Positions 27,050-41,500 of a DNA stretch of 64,000 bases are shown here, one piece after another (position 1 is the stretch's first letter; every line of letters starts with the position of its first letter). The notes under the pieces are model-generated. The model did not search any database, had not been told where the DNA came from, and was given only the letters and a program-made list of their open reading frames with translations. The translations under genes and the position numbers were made by a program. Source of the stretch: Neoechinorhynchus agilis. Lineage: Eukaryota; Animalia; Acanthocephala. The DNA lies in NCBI GenBank assembly GCA_051530055.1, contig CM121342.1:14213480-14277479 (forward strand). The letters are read 5' to 3'.

Positions 27050-28640
27050 ATATCTGTGTTAGATGTGTATGTTAAATGTCCATCTGTCGCAACGTCGCAG
27101 GCAAAAATCCTTTAGAAACCCAGCCCAGACTTGTGGCAATGAGTCAATGTGCCTGAAAAACGCTTGAATAAAAAGTGACTTATGTTTGGGAGGGCGACCT
27201 CTAGAATAAAAAACGAGGCTGGAGATAGCCCAAGTTTTCCATATAGTTCTTACATTATTAAAACTCCACCCCAATTTATAGGCACGAGTTGTTTTCGATT
27301 TTGCTACTTTTAGAAGTTTTTTTCCATTTGAGTAATGTCCGTCCTACCTGATAAATTGACTGTGATCGTGTGTCCGAGGATACGTAGCTTGTTGGGCATA
27401 AAAGAGTTGTTCGATACGGATTGAGAATTGTTGGATAAAAGTGAATAAAAGAATAGTTTGAAGTCTCTGCGTATTCGGCTTGAGCGGGTTTTAATGATCA
27501 ATTTTGTTTTCATTAAATTAAGAGAAAGGTTCATGTGAGGTAGTGTGGTGTTTAGATACTCTATGTGTTGTTCGGTTAAAAGTTTCAGCCTGGCTGCCCT
27601 ATGAGATTTGATCCTAAAACTGATGTCATCTGCATAAGAAATCATAGATGGATTAAGAGGATAATTTTGTACAATGTATTGAGAGGCCAAAAGGAATAAA
27701 ATAGGAGAGAGTGGCAATCCTTGTGGAACACCGCTAAGAGGGTAATAAAACGTCTTGCCAGCATCATCGTCGTAATAAAGCGCTTTCGAGAAAATCGTAT
27801 TATGAATCCTGGCAATTAGGTTATGTGGAACGCTGAAAAATTCCAATATTCCGACAATGAAGCTTAGGAAGATTTTGTCAAAGCTTGAGACAGGTCTACT
27901 GCTAAAAGTGCACGTAGAGGGTACGCATCGTCGCCAAAGTTCGAATAAATATCAACCCACGCAGAGTGAACAGACTTCCCTTTCAAAAAACCATGGCAGT
28001 ATTTGGATATGCAGTTGTGCTCCAAGACGAAAAGTTTGAGTTTATGCGCTAGAGCACGTTCGTAGATGGTGACCAATCGGTTTTGCGAGGAAATCGGGCG
28101 AAGGTCGTTGGGTGCATTGATTGACCTTTTCCCATTTTTAGCCAAGACGATGCGCCGTGAGATATTTATATCCCGCCAGGCATACGGGGAACACTTGAAC
28201 ATCAAGTTTGCTATGTTGAGGACGCAATCCCGAGGGAGCAGAGAGAAGCATTTTGTTCCTGAAGCGCTGTTGGATGAGGAAATTTTGGGATTAAGGGACC
28301 AAACTTTGGCAATATCATATTGAGTCAAATCAGAGCGGTTACGAATTAATCTGCGAAATATGATTGGCGGAATATTTCCTTTGGCGCAAGCGGAGGCATG
28401 AAAATCAAAGATAGAAGTTAGTATCTGATTCAAAGTGGAGGTTTTTAACCAGGAGGTTAGCTTTGATTTCCAATTAATGAATTTCTTCCTCGAAATCGTA
28501 TTCCACCACTTCGAAAAGAAAGCCGTTTGTTGTCTACAGCGAGCCGCTGAGTGTTGACAGGAAAGTACCTTAACAAGAAAAACGTCTGCTCAATGTTTAG
28601 GTTGATATAGTTGACGCCCCGGTTGAATTGATAAAACAAT
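27050..28640 (-). mobile_element. Degraded non-LTR (LINE) reverse transcriptase
   Basis: DLRPIS, HGFLKGKS, AVDLSQA / F.SVPH, GVPQGLPLSPILF, SYADDIS; frameshift near 27850. Confidence 0.9.
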
Positions 28641-28949
28641 TAATTTGAGGAAGGGCATAATTCAAATTATTGGCTAAATAATTCCGCGATAGAAGTAATT
28701 GGTTAACTGATCTGAGCAGAGCAATGTTTAGAGGGGGCTAGTGTATCTCTCCTTATGGTACTAATACTTCTAATAGACTATCATTTGTTACATTGTAAGC
28801 TGATTTTCTCAACCGCATGAATATATTTCTTTTTTTTATTAATGTGAATTATTTTTACACTTTCGGCGGTCGGAGAAATTTTATGTATTACATCAGAGCA
28901 GTGAACCACTTGAACTCTGATGAAACGTTAAGAGTTCGTACATCTCTCC

Positions 28950-29110
28950 GGATCCTCAGATACCTCCAGGAGGCAGGACTCATCAGTGAGTTTCCTCTCT
29001 TCGGCAGTTTTTCGTCCCCTTTGGTTGTGCGTCATTGGCGATCGTGGATTCGAACCCTATGACCCTGAAACAGGGATTCGGAGCACGAGTCCACTGTTAT
29101 TGAACGTGAG
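28950..29110 (-). mobile_element. tRNA-derived SINE-like repeat; related copies at about 19255-19400, 52160-52260 and 14945-14980
   Basis: Minus-strand B-box GGGTTCGAATCC (29046-29057) with an A-box-like TAACAGTGG upstream; body GGAGGC(A/G)G(G/A)ACT...TTTCGTCCC is repeated. Confidence 0.5.
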
Positions 29111-29581
29111 AACCCAAGGAGTTATAAGGGCGCCACACACATGGTTTGTTTGGGAATTATGGGGTTTGACTTTATGGTGACCACATACGGCCATCTTTTG
29201 GTAGGAAGGACCGAGTATGGCTCAGAAATGACACTTGTGGATACATTGCCTCTAGATTGTAGATGGGAGAGCATTTGTTATCGTTGATCAGACGGTAATT
29301 GCAAGACTGGAGTAGAAGATGACCGTTGACCACTCGTATTCTTAACAAACACTCCTTGATGAGAGTCAGGTGCTTTCGTTTCATCCAAATCGATCTCCAT
29401 GGCATCAACCAGAGGGTCAAAAGGTCTTGAAATCGATGAAATGTCAACGCTATTTAACGATTACACGTTGGAATCGTTGATAATTTGCCTCCGAATATCC
29501 GGAGGCACGGGTATTCTTAACGAATTTGGCTGCAGTGTGCTACCCATTTTTCCATCTTTTAGCGAGACGTCAACTCTTGAG

Positions 29582-31954
29582 TACGATGCGCGCCACATAT
29601 CTATCGGCGCCCGCGAGCTACATAAATGACCACAGTGTGTGAAAAGAGTCAGTTCTAAAAAAGGCAAGAAAACAGTTATGTCGGACACTAACTGGCGACG
29701 GGATGTTGCGAACTATTCTAAAACAGCAGCAACTATTGGAGCAATTGATAACGCGGGACGATCCTAAAGGAGTTGTCAAGAATGATACTATTCGAGCATC
29801 AGTTTTTCGTCCTTTCCAGGAGGAAAAGGAAAATTGGCGAAACTACAAGCAACAGTTGGGTTTTCATTTTACGGCACAAAGTGTGTGCAATCAAGTGATG
29901 ATGGGACATGTTTCTCTCATGGTTTGGTCCGACAACGTATCAATTGATAACGAGTCTTTGCGCTGGCAAAAAGGTCAATGAGTACATATACGAAGACCTA
30001 ATAGAGATTCGGGACGTTCACTATGCGCGACCATTTCATTTCGTTGCGGCACGTTTTGCATTTAGTCAGTGCGAAATGAAAATTAGTCAAGCGTATGCTT
30101 CGTGGATCGCAAATTTACAAGAAAAAGCTCAAATGTGCAAATTTTTCAACAAATCGATCCGTACGGCAAAAGAAGCAATCGATGACCGCATCAGGGATCA
30201 AATAGTGATTAGAACGCCACACGAAGAAGTTATTAACAAAATTCTCCAAATGACAGCATCTTCCTTGAACGATGTGATCAAAATATGTGAAACTTTCGAA
30301 ATATTGAAAGATACGTCATGGAAGGAAAGGAGTGTAGGTCGAGAACCCCTGACCGATTCAGCCACTTAAGGGTAAGCACCTCGAACTCGATGAGATTCCA
30401 CAGCGACGGGATAAACCCCACCAGAAGGTAAAATATGGGAAAGGACGTCGTGGAAGATGCAGATTCGAGCACAATCAACAGAATTTTCCAGCTAGAGACA
30501 AAAAGTGTTTCAAGTGTCGGCGCCTGGGCAATGTTCGGTCATGCTGTCGATTGCGGAACCCTATAGATCAATTAGAAGAGCTGAATGCGATATCGGATGT
30601 GCACGACACAGCGGAAGGACAGGATCATATTCCAAAAATAGATGTCCAACTAAATGGAATCACAATTACAATGGAATATGATACCGGCGCCAGTGTATCG
30701 GTATTGACCACGATCGATTGGGTTAGAATAGAGCAGCCGACCTTGACTCTTATTAAACCCCTGAGGGTCTAAGGTGGCAAACGTTTGCATACGCTGGGAA
30801 AATGCGATATCAATGTGATTTTGGGATCAAGACAGGAGCAATTAGAAGTTATGGTCGCATGAAACGGCAAGCACAGTTTATTCGATGCCATAGCTTACCC
30901 TGCCAGCAGGTTGAAACAGGCAGAGATTCCGCCGTTTCCTCAATTGAACAGTTGTTAACTAAACATAAATCGATTTTCGACTGTTCAACCGCTCTGGTTA
31001 ACAATACAGAAATATCCTTAGCGATCGCCTCCAATGCAACTCCAAGAAGATTTACTAGTATGTGAATTCCATCAACATTGAAGGATAAAGTAGAATAGGA
31101 TTTGATGAGACGTGGGCGTTTTGCAGTTCCAGCCGAAATCATAACCGATAACGGACCACCTTTTCAATCACCGCAATTCAGAGAGTTCTGTTCCACGAAT
31201 AGAATTAGACACATCCATACATCTTCTTGGAAGAGAGATTGTTCGGGACTTTCAAGCGAAGGTTGCACATCAGCAATGACCGCTTTAAGAATCCGTTGTC
31301 GGTTCAACAATTTATTTTGGCTACCGGAACATCCTCCACACCAAGGTTCTACTTGGACGACGTCTGAAGACGGTTTTCGATCAAACACGTACTAACTTAC
31401 GATCGACTGTAAGTAGAAGGAGAAATAAGCAGAAATTGACACAGGATGATAGATCGGAAGTCAGAGTATTCACTCTTAGATAAAGTGTGGGTTCGCGATC
31501 GACGCTCAAACATATGGAGAGAAGGTAGCATTGCAGATAGAAGTGCATGGACTTCTTAGAATGTAGAGAGTCAATGTGCCGCAACAAAAAGATAAGCACC
31601 TGATATAAGGAAGCGATTAGTTCACGAGGAATGCGCCAAAAAATAAAACGAAATACCGTCCGGTATAGGAGAGGACAGGCAAGAATCCAACCAAGACGAC
31701 AATACTCATGGTGCGACAAGAAGAGCACAAGATGAGAACACGGCAAGAACGAACTCACCAATCGAGCTACCAAGACGGTGGTCAGGGGAGCGTAAGCCGT
31801 ACCAGATATATAATTCCCAAAAAAAGAAAAGAAGAAAGAGAATATGATGCGCGCCACATATCTATCGGCGCCCGTGAGGGCTACATAAATGACCACAGTG
31901 TGTGAAAAGAGTCAGTTCTTAAAAAACAATATAACAGTTATGTCGGACGCTACA
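29582..31954 (+). mobile_element. Internally deleted Ty3/gypsy LTR retrotransposon with short (about 110-bp) LTRs
   Basis: LTRs at about 29582-29687 and 31843-31954; PBS TGGCGAC at 29693; purine tract before the 3' LTR; gag remnants; protease MEYDTGASVSV; integrase IITDNGPPFQS; no RT motifs. Confidence 0.9.
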
Positions 31955-32292
31955 TTGAGGACTTCTGAAGATCACATATTTTAATTATAAAGATTGAGTT
32001 TGTTATTTTGAGCAATATTGAAAAATCTGCGGCCGTTCCAATAGCTTTTAACGACGACTAACTTATAGATTTCACAATACATGCTTTTCATTTTTCAAGG
32101 TCTGACACTCATTGTCGTCTACGTCCAATCACTTTCTTTAGATCGACACACGGTTCAGTCGTAAATACCAAGCGCGGATTGGTTTGCCTCCTTTCGCGAC
32201 GACTTGCATAATGATGTGTGACAAAAGTCGGTTGATAGTGTAAGTTCCTCGCTCTGCTGTCTTTATTTATAGCATCCTTTGTCTACTTCAAT

Positions 32293-33873
32293 ATGTCAAC
32301 TGTTCAATCCACGTGGACGTGGACGTACGCGCTTCTTGGAGCAGCATTAGTTGGTTTCCATTAAGAATTTCTAGTTTGGTTTGGTAATACAACCGCCGGG
32401 AAAGCACGCGGTTGCAACTTAGAGGGAATGTGAACGAGTCCACGAACCTAGCACCATATCTACTTCTCACATAGCATTTTGATCTTAAACATTTTCCCCT
32501 TTCTAACAATGACCGGCGCTGCAAAAGTAAGGAACTTCAAACCAAAAGCTTCCTTTTCCGTCAAAATTTACGGGTAGTAGTGAAATTTGTTGAAAATGAA
32601 GGTATATCGGTGTTAATTTTAAGAACTAGAAATTCTTGAGATAACTGGCGTAGTACCAGCAATGTCGTGCTGTACATTTATGTTCGACAATGGAGAAGGT
32701 GCGCATTTATCAAAGAAAAATCTCGATTTTTAGTCTTTACGTTGTTTAGCTCAAAATCGACGACTTCAATATCTCCTCTCCTTTGCACTCGGCAGTCTGT
32801 TGACCAATACTTTCATTCATATTTTGCCGGAGTGCTGGGATGCGTCTAAAAAATGGTTGTCTTGTCCCTTTAAATCTAAATTCATACAAATTACAAATTA
32901 GATGCACACTAAATTTAGCCATTTACATTTCAACACACAAGGTAGTCTGATTATAGTTGGAATCATTCTTTTTATTGGAATTGAGAAGATCTTTAATGGC
33001 TGGAATTCCGGGATTAATGTAACGTTCTGTTCCGATTAAAGTAAAGCTTCACATACATACTTCTAGTCAACAGGATATCTCAACTTGATCGCAAACGTCT
33101 TTGACAATTTCGTCCATGGTCTGTCTGTTGGAACGGCTTTTTTAATCAGTCGAAAAGTATGAACGGAAGGAACGACTTTCTCCTGACATTCAAATTTAGG
33201 TCGGAGCTCTGACTGTTTTGTCCATTGTTGTACATGAAATTCCTCATGAATTCAGCGATTTTCTTATTCTACTCAACAGTGGCTTTACGCCCAAATATGC
33301 TGCTATTGCTCAGGTTTGTGTAATTTTGTTCCAAAAAATTATGACTCTTGTTGAATACTAGCTCCGCACTTCGACAAGCAGCATGGTTGGTGCCGCTGTG
33401 GCTTTATGTATTTGTCAAACAGGTTAGTGTGGTGGGCTCGACCAAAATATTAAATTCACTCGGCCGCGTTTGTAAGCATCGGCACGCGAATATTATAAGC
33501 AAACATGAATCGTTTTTCAGAAATCATCACATTTCTCCCATAAATCGTTACATTCATCTTTCTGATAGTTTTTAAGTTTTATGCTTAATTAATGTGATCC
33601 TTAGATACTCCTTTAAGGACGTACTATTTTTCTTTGCAATTAAATCAGGTCTTTTGAGCGCTTTGGTTCTCCTTATTACTGGTGGAGCATTCATCCATGT
33701 ATCGCTGATTGGTATTGTGCCTCAGCTGCGGAATGAGTATGATTACAGGTACGTACGTTTGAAGAAAACATAATGATTAAATCGCATGCTTTAGGGAATC
33801 ATTGAAAAATATATCGATGACGGTCTTTGGAATCTGTTTTATATACTTATTGACAAAATCCGGAATTATGTAA
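32293..33873 (+). CDS. SLC39A13: LIV-1 family zinc transporter (ZIP13/Catsup-like), multi-exon
   Basis: YALLGAALVG-ITGVVP, LLSFALGSLL, GYLNLIANVFDNFVHGL, HEIPHEFSDF, TGGAFIHVSL. Confidence 0.82.
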
Positions 33874-34951
33874 CTTTTGATAACAAAGATTATCAATTAA
33901 ATGCAAGAAACTTCTTTTAAGTTAAACTTTATATTGAATCTAAAAGAGCGCATATTGTCTATAAGATGGCGTTTTGAGTTTGCTTCAGACAATCGAGCTT
34001 TAAACTAGGCGTTCGCGTTTTATGCTTATCAGACTATTTTTTAAATTTGACGGTGATAATTGATGGAAATATTGAAAGCTGTTAAAGACTAGAAAATCAT
34101 AGTCGCGGTAAGAGATCAGGCCTAATGATGAATCCATCGTCAAGACCCACTATGCCTGGTGGTGCCTTACTATTTGCGCCTTTCTACCTTTCAAACCCAA
34201 AGTCAGCAACCTCACGCCCATTTTGAGTTGAATTACTATTCTCTGAGAAACACATCTACATTTTCTGCGACTGTGAACATTGTTCTTATATTTCCGTCTT
34301 TTACACTTCCAGTCTTAGAGGTCGCTATGCTGTAAAGGCTACCCATGTAACCTTTGCTCCAAGCTACTCTTTCGCAAGTTTCTATTTGGTCAAAGCAGTA
34401 CTCAAAAAAGGTAAGTTACAAAGGAAACAGTCGGTTACACTCTAGATTTATGTAAGTCACTTGAAATTTTATATATATATATCTCTTTCTACGCTAAAAT
34501 CTTCGCATATTGAATATGTGAATTTTGTAATTTTCAGGAGCTTAATTTTATCAAAATTTCGGTGCGAATTCTCTAAACTTGCATTAATATTTATGAAGCG
34601 TTATTGCCCGTCCATAATGTAATGCGAACCGCAATTTCTTGTACTCGGCGAGAAATTTAGAAATACTTCAAATCTTCATTTTTCGAATACAGACCCAATA
34701 CGGCACTGATTAATTTCAAGTTGATCATCTTAGCAAGAAATTACAAAGAACACGATTGTGATGGGCGAGCACGAATGGTTAATAAAACTTAAAGTGGGCT
34801 ATTTTGCATATTAAACTTATGAATCACCAGGACTGCAGATTGTATATTCGTTTCATTGATTTGACGGTATAATCGTTAAGTCCGTCATGCCTTCCCAATT
34901 TTTCCCTTTGGTTTTTAGCATTCATGATTTGTGCGATTTAGGGACTAGACA

Positions 34952-36850
34952 ATGATGTCTTCGCGAGGCATAAAGACACTTAAAGACATGTCCAATAAAA
35001 CTTCAATTTCAAGTGCGCTGGACGATCAATCAACAGAGCTAAAAGTGCAAAAAACATTTAGATACGTCTTGATGAGGGCAGCACGTCGAATGTTTCTTCA
35101 AACTGATCAGGACTTTCACGAATCGTTTTCTTCGGATGATCTGAATAATTATGAACGACTTACCAGAAAATATGACAGCCTTAGAAAACTAAGCTCAAAA
35201 GCTTTGAATAGTGATACATATGTGGTCTGTGACAAAGTGTACAAAGCCAGTAGTATAGTTTAATTACGGCAACAATATAAACTAGGGTCAAAATTCCGCA
35301 TAATCTTTTATGTAATTTAGCTACACCTTAGCTCGTCTAATGTTGGAAAATAAAGTGTAAAATCGGAATTGTGAAGATCATTTCAAATATCTGAACTCAT
35401 TGTGTTTCTCTACTTTTGAATTTGCTGTTGCTCAACGCAGTAACATCACTGAGAAAAACATGGTTGGTTCGATGCACGGTGTCATGGAAATTCAGTTTAA
35501 CAAAAGTCACCGTAATCAAACTAGTAAAGGGGCTTCAGCTCAATCGTTATGTGGTAGTTTGAGCGGGACTGTTGGCTCGTCCCCAATCATAACGGTCGCG
35601 TCATTGATAGGTTCTCAATCAAAGAATCATACATTGCATTCTTCATTCCTCAGCAACCCTACGCTCAACATCGCGAATGGAATGAAGAAAAATCCGGTTT
35701 ATGAGGAGCTAGATCACAAAACAAAGTCCCAGCCACAAATAGTCCCGTTCTGTATAGTGCACCACGTCAGTCAAATAGCTATCCACAAGAATAGTGGCAG
35801 AATCGATAAGGAGATTCAAGCTTCCGTGCCTCAATCGTTACTTACGATCAGTAATACAAATGCGCCAATGTCTATAATGCAACCAAAAAAGACAACTATG
35901 CCTCAAGTCACAGGAATACTACAACCTGTCTTATACTCAAACACAAGCGCTCAGTCCAAAGCATCAGCGCTAGCCCCACAAGTGGAGCTTCATTCGACTT
36001 TTATGACTCCTAAAACCGCGGAACAGTTGGTTACATTAACGCAACCGTTGCAAACAACCGTTTTCCTGAGTCCAACTACAGCAGTTAAATCCACAACATC
36101 ATCTCAACCACCACCGTCACTCACGGAACCCTCCGTGTTGCGGTCGAGTACAATGCTACAATCCTCGACTTCAACGCTATCACCACCACAAGAACTTGTG
36201 CAAACGCATATCGTGTGTCCTAAGACAACACTGCGATCGTTGAACACGAATTTAGCAACCACGACAAGATCCTTACCTTCGTCCCGTGCTCGTACGACCG
36301 AATCGACTCCAGTGGGCGAATTTAAGTCGTATCAAGCAAGCACGTTTGTATCCAGATGCAAGGCTATAAACCATTTAACGAATAATCTCGATCGAAAACA
36401 ATCATTAAAGAGTGTGCACTGAGATTTGAATTTATTCTTAGCATATTCAAATCTCATTCGAAATAATTGTTCGGCATTCTGTAAACGTTTTAGAACCAGG
36501 AATTTTTCTTGCTCTAATGTTCATTTAAGATGCGAACGTCACTATCAAACAAGGAGAGCAATGGTAAACGAGGCTAAACGTGCCGAAGAAACAAGCAGGT
36601 GCAAAGCTAGTTCATCGGTTAAAGGAATCAAAAAAGGAGCTAAGACTGATGCACTAAATGATGCCCAGCGTGCGAAGGAACGTGCTCGGATTGATGCAGA
36701 AAACAAGGTAAGCGCCAAGTTAGTGAATCTGATGGCGAAAATTAATTTAGCGAATGAAGGCGAGGTTAAAACAAATCAAACCAAGCGACTATCTAAGGAG
36801 AGACTTGCTCTTGCAGAATTACAACATGCAAACAGTAGTCAATGGACGGA
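34952..36850 (+). CDS. Orphan gene with a Ser/Thr/Pro-rich central exon and basic C-terminus; exon structure uncertain
   Basis: Three consecutive plus-strand ORFs (34952-35263, 35361-36422, 36426 onward) separated by short intron-sized gaps. Confidence 0.5.
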
Positions 36851-38016
36851 TCGGTTCTCTTGGTCGTGTCTAATTTTGTATCCGAACAGTACAAAAAAAG
36901 AAATTTTTATTTATAGAAATAAAACGAGTCCAAGTAAACAGAATGCTAAACTTGTTACTTTTGTTTTCTTTTTAGGCACAATGTCGTTTCGAATCATCTT
37001 TGAAATTAAGCCATTATTGATATTATTTGGGTTTTCATTGAAAGATTTGCAAGCCTAGTGTTCTATAAGGCCGTCCGTTCAACTGCAAGACTGATTCAAA
37101 TTTAACAGAAATTAGCAAAAAAATATAATCCGCTGGATGTTAAGCTTATTGCTGGACCTTTATAACCATTTACTGGTCACGTTTTAGATTAGAGCACGCT
37201 GAATGGTGTAATTCATCAGCTCGACAACAATGAACGTGGATTAAAAGCGACCTTAATGAGTTTAAGCGAAAAACAGTGACGAAGGATTTCCCTAACGTTT
37301 TTTTTCGAGTTGGCATTAGATGAAGTTTTTTAGTGAATCTTAATGGAACAAGTGATGAAATTGCTATGTTTCTGTAAATAATGTCCACGAGACCGTTAAA
37401 ACACTGCTTTATTTAATGGCTTCTCTCTCCAAAAGTTTTATTAACGCTGGCCTCCTTCTAATCAGCTCATTTGAGTTCATCAATATTCGCAGTGAGTGTG
37501 GTGCGAACCCAAATCCTTCGATGGGTTCCGATGGATTTGATAAATTTTTGATATCACTGATTACCGACAATGTAAGTGAGTAAGTGATTTTTATGTCAAG
37601 TAGGGCATAGCAGAATTCGTAGCTGTTCAATCCCAGTGGATTCTTCATTTCCCAATCATTGTGAATATCGCCTCTGTTCTGGATGTAAATGATTTCTCTT
37701 GGATGATAATCTTTGTACTTTAATACTGATTTCATTGTTTGAATAAACTTAAGGGCCTCGAAATTAGAATCTGTTGTAGAGCCTTCTCACAACCCCGATA
37801 AAGTATTTGTTAGAAGCGTTATTCGTGCTTTCTTAATCCGTGTAAGGAAGACCTAGAAATAAATAATTACAGTAGCCATTAAGTCGTGGGCTGACCATGA
37901 TAAAAAATATAACCAGTATTACTTTTTAGCGTTTTAAAAGTCTTAGTTTTTCTCTAAAGACAATTCTATCATGTGATTGTTTACCGGACTATTGATTGCT
38001 CTTTTAAATGTAAAAT

Positions 38017-38538
38017 TTAAAGTAATTCGTTTAGCTCAATCTCGATCCTCCTCCGTATCAGAAGGCGCGTTATCGGATGAAAAGGCACTCTTGCTGATGA
38101 GTGTTGCTTTTCGTTGATTGGATAATAGAAACGCTGTACGGTGTTCGATTTAGACTCGACTATTTCCATCAACATAGTTTCAATAGATCGGTTTTTTAGG
38201 AATCGTAATCCCAGGATAATGTCGTAGTCACCATCGTCTCGCTCTTGTTTCTCGGGTGTGAATTTACAACGACCAAATTCAATTATCGTGAAAATAAACG
38301 GCGTCTTCAATTTGACCCATTGGCGTATTATTCTCGCGACATCGGTTTTAGTTGCACTTTTGTTCTTTTGGGTAAATAATCTGAATACCGTTATTGGGGA
38401 AGTACACAAATATCTTCTATTTCTCCCTATACGCGATTCGTGGACCATACGGATCACATCCATATTGATTCCAGCCAATACTGTATAGACTCCGCCTTCC
38501 TGCACTGCGATTACTTGCCATATAATAAGCAATGTCAA
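38017..38538 (-). mobile_element. Probable Ty3/gypsy protease-RT linker remnant
   Basis: DYDIILGLRFL resembles the retropepsin C-terminus; PFHPITRLLIRRRIEIELNELL resembles the pre-RT segment. Confidence 0.45.
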
Positions 38539-41500
38539 CCATGGTAAAATCGATTTAAAAAATGCGGTCTAAGTTATTTTTACTTCTTTAGCAAAAATGC
38601 ATACGAAATCTTTAAAAATGCAGTCGAAATGTTGGATATAAAATAATCCCCTAATAAATGGTGCTACACCCGCCGGAACATAACAGAGTTCAAAAACCAA
38701 ATGTGTTATTTCAAATGCTTTTTGAGTTCGTCAAATTACCATGCAGACTTAATCGGGCATGGTGTTCATTTTTATCATTCCAGTTTTGCCGTATTTACAT
38801 TTTAAGTATGTAATCTCTCTTAGTTTCTAAATACTCAGAAAAATATCGAGGTATTTCGTGCATTTAAAATGATACTCAAACTGCTTTGAATTGCTAATTG
38901 TCCTAGAGAAGTATGGATCCTTCAATGTGAGATATAATGAAGCGCAAAAAATATTTCAAATCGGTAATAATAGTTTTCAAATTCGGAAGTTTGACATCAC
39001 AAATGTTCTAAACCTGAAGAGACATTAGTGTCGAGTATTGCAAGAAAAATCGGATTTTACCTTTTGATTCACGTGGAATTTGTATCGAACTTCCTATAAC
39101 ATCCTTTATGTTTCTGCGTTTATCCATTTTACAGACTTTTGCTATCCCATATTCAGAAACTCTGTTTCGCTTTATGATAAGAACTAGTATTGGTTGCTGA
39201 TTGTGACTTTTGGGAATGAGTTCTACGATAAGTGGAAGCTTGTACTTTTGTTCATTGTTGGCCACATATTCGAGATCTAAGGTTTCCGATTCCAACAAAG
39301 AAGAAAAATAGTGGCCACTTATATTGTCGAATCTTTCATGCAATCCTATCTTCTCAGAAGCAGCCATTATTTGATTGCCACAAGACAAACCCAGAATGTT
39401 TAAGTAGTTTAATGAATCACATTTGAAAACAAAAAAGCAAAATGACTGAGATGTTGCTTCCTACCCAAAGGTATTAAAAGTTCACAATGAATCACCTAAA
39501 TGTTTTTCAACTGCAGCATGGAATAAGACTGTATTGGGAAGCTGGTGTTTTGCCAAATGGGTATATTCATGGAGTCCATATTTTGCGCATTATTGTACTG
39601 CCGACTATAATAATTGTGATAACGGCGAAATCGCAAAAAAGCATAAATGATAAACGGTCATATAACAAACACAGTACGGCAAAAATTATTAAACGGAATT
39701 TTGTATCCGCCTGATCAATAATCCAAAATATTCAGCTTCCTTAATTCAGAAGCATATCTTGACGAGCTGCCGTTAATCAAGTTCCACCTAAGGATATACA
39801 ATATCCCGAGGCGACAATCATGTACATTGCTTCATTTATGCTTTAACTTCAGGTTTTCATGTTAGCAAATGCTCTCAGACGATCAATTGTGTAGTCGGTA
39901 CTTAGTTATCCGCAAAAAGACTAGCCACTTTTATTTCACGAGTAGATCCTTCGCTTGTCGTAAAAGGCGCTGAACTGAAATAGATTATGTGGAGTTTTGC
40001 AAGGAGAATGCTAGCTTGTAGTGCTGCAGTACCGTGACTGGTGTTCTCTAAGGCCGTGATATAAGAGCGTTTTCGTGCCACATCAATTAATGGAACTCAC
40101 TGCGTCATTGAGACGGTGACAAGCAAGGAGGAATTGTGCTTTCTCATCAACATTTCCCAGCGTTTAGCCTCACGCTCTCTCATTTGTGACTTAACATTTA
40201 TCTGAACTTTATTAGGTTACGGTGCAATCAAAAATTGGAGCATACTTTTGGTCTTTCTAAATCCAAATACGTGCGATCTCAGGTTACCTTTAAAATCTTT
40301 GCACGAAGAGTATTTGAATACAGCGTTTAGACTTCTTTGCTGTAAAAATGCATGCAGTGTAGTATAACAGCTATCGTTCAATAGAGACATTTGAAATAAA
40401 TTAGAGGATTTAGATTTCTCAAATATCGTTTGTTTATTACAAATTTTATCGTGCTTAAGCACGCTAAATTTTAATTGGACCGGACATGTATCAATGTTGC
40501 AATAATAGATTTTGATTCATGCGCATGCCGAAATCCAGTACTTTTTCAATGCATTATCAAAATGTATTCGAGGAAAAGCCAAAAACATTGATAATTCCGA
40601 CGGTCCTTGATCTTTAAAATTGGAATTTTTCAGATTAGGGCATGGCATTCTTAATTCTTCACCATTCTACACAATTGATGAAAAGCAAACTTATTACCTG
40701 GTGGTGACATTATTCAGTGGGAAAGTGAGAGAGCTAAACCATTGCCGAATGCCTGCTGCGCCGGACAATTTCCAGATTGTTACAGCGATATTTATTCTCT
40801 CTATTCATTGGTGTTTACGAAAACATGATAATCTGTTCTCATATAAATTCAAGCACTCAATTTCTCAATTACAAATACGGTCTTATTTTACCCCTCAAAA
40901 ATGTATACACTATGAAAATCATATTTTATCTGTTTAGAAGATTATTGGATTTCTCGAATACTTTTGGTGCACTATGACTTTTAGTGGTTGACGTTTTAAG
41001 GTGACTAAACTACTTTCGCTTCTAAACGAACTGCGGGATTTTTTGGGGGGGTCGTTGAATAAAGAAAAAATAAGCGAGCTCTTTAGTATCCCTTGGAGAA
41101 AAATTAGCATTGTCGTGTTTTATTCCTATTTAAAAAGAATTAATGTGGCAATCAAATTGGCTTTCATACACACGCGTCTTTGAAGAAATCGTGCAAACGA
41201 CTAAGGTCGATTTTGTCGCTTTTAAAAGGGCGAATAGATTGGAAGACAAAACTAAATACAACGAGCTGGCTAAATGAACATGCTGTAAGATGTTCATTAA
41301 AGATAGGAAAGATGTCAACAGATTGATTTATAGGGAAATCCATGTCACTTCCACTCAGAAAATTCCCGTTAATAATAATGTTCCATGTAGTGATCTTTTT
41401 GCATAAACCCTCGAGAATTCCACCATTATCATGCTTACTCTTGTTTGACGTTATAGCTTGATTTCTGAACGTCTGCAGAGCGAGCTGTGAGACAGCAAAG

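Noticed and set aside
35234-35359. AAAGTGTA direct repeat as another non-canonical junction
   Set aside because: There is no terminal stem, exact repeat removal creates TAA, and in-frame GT-AG options exist.
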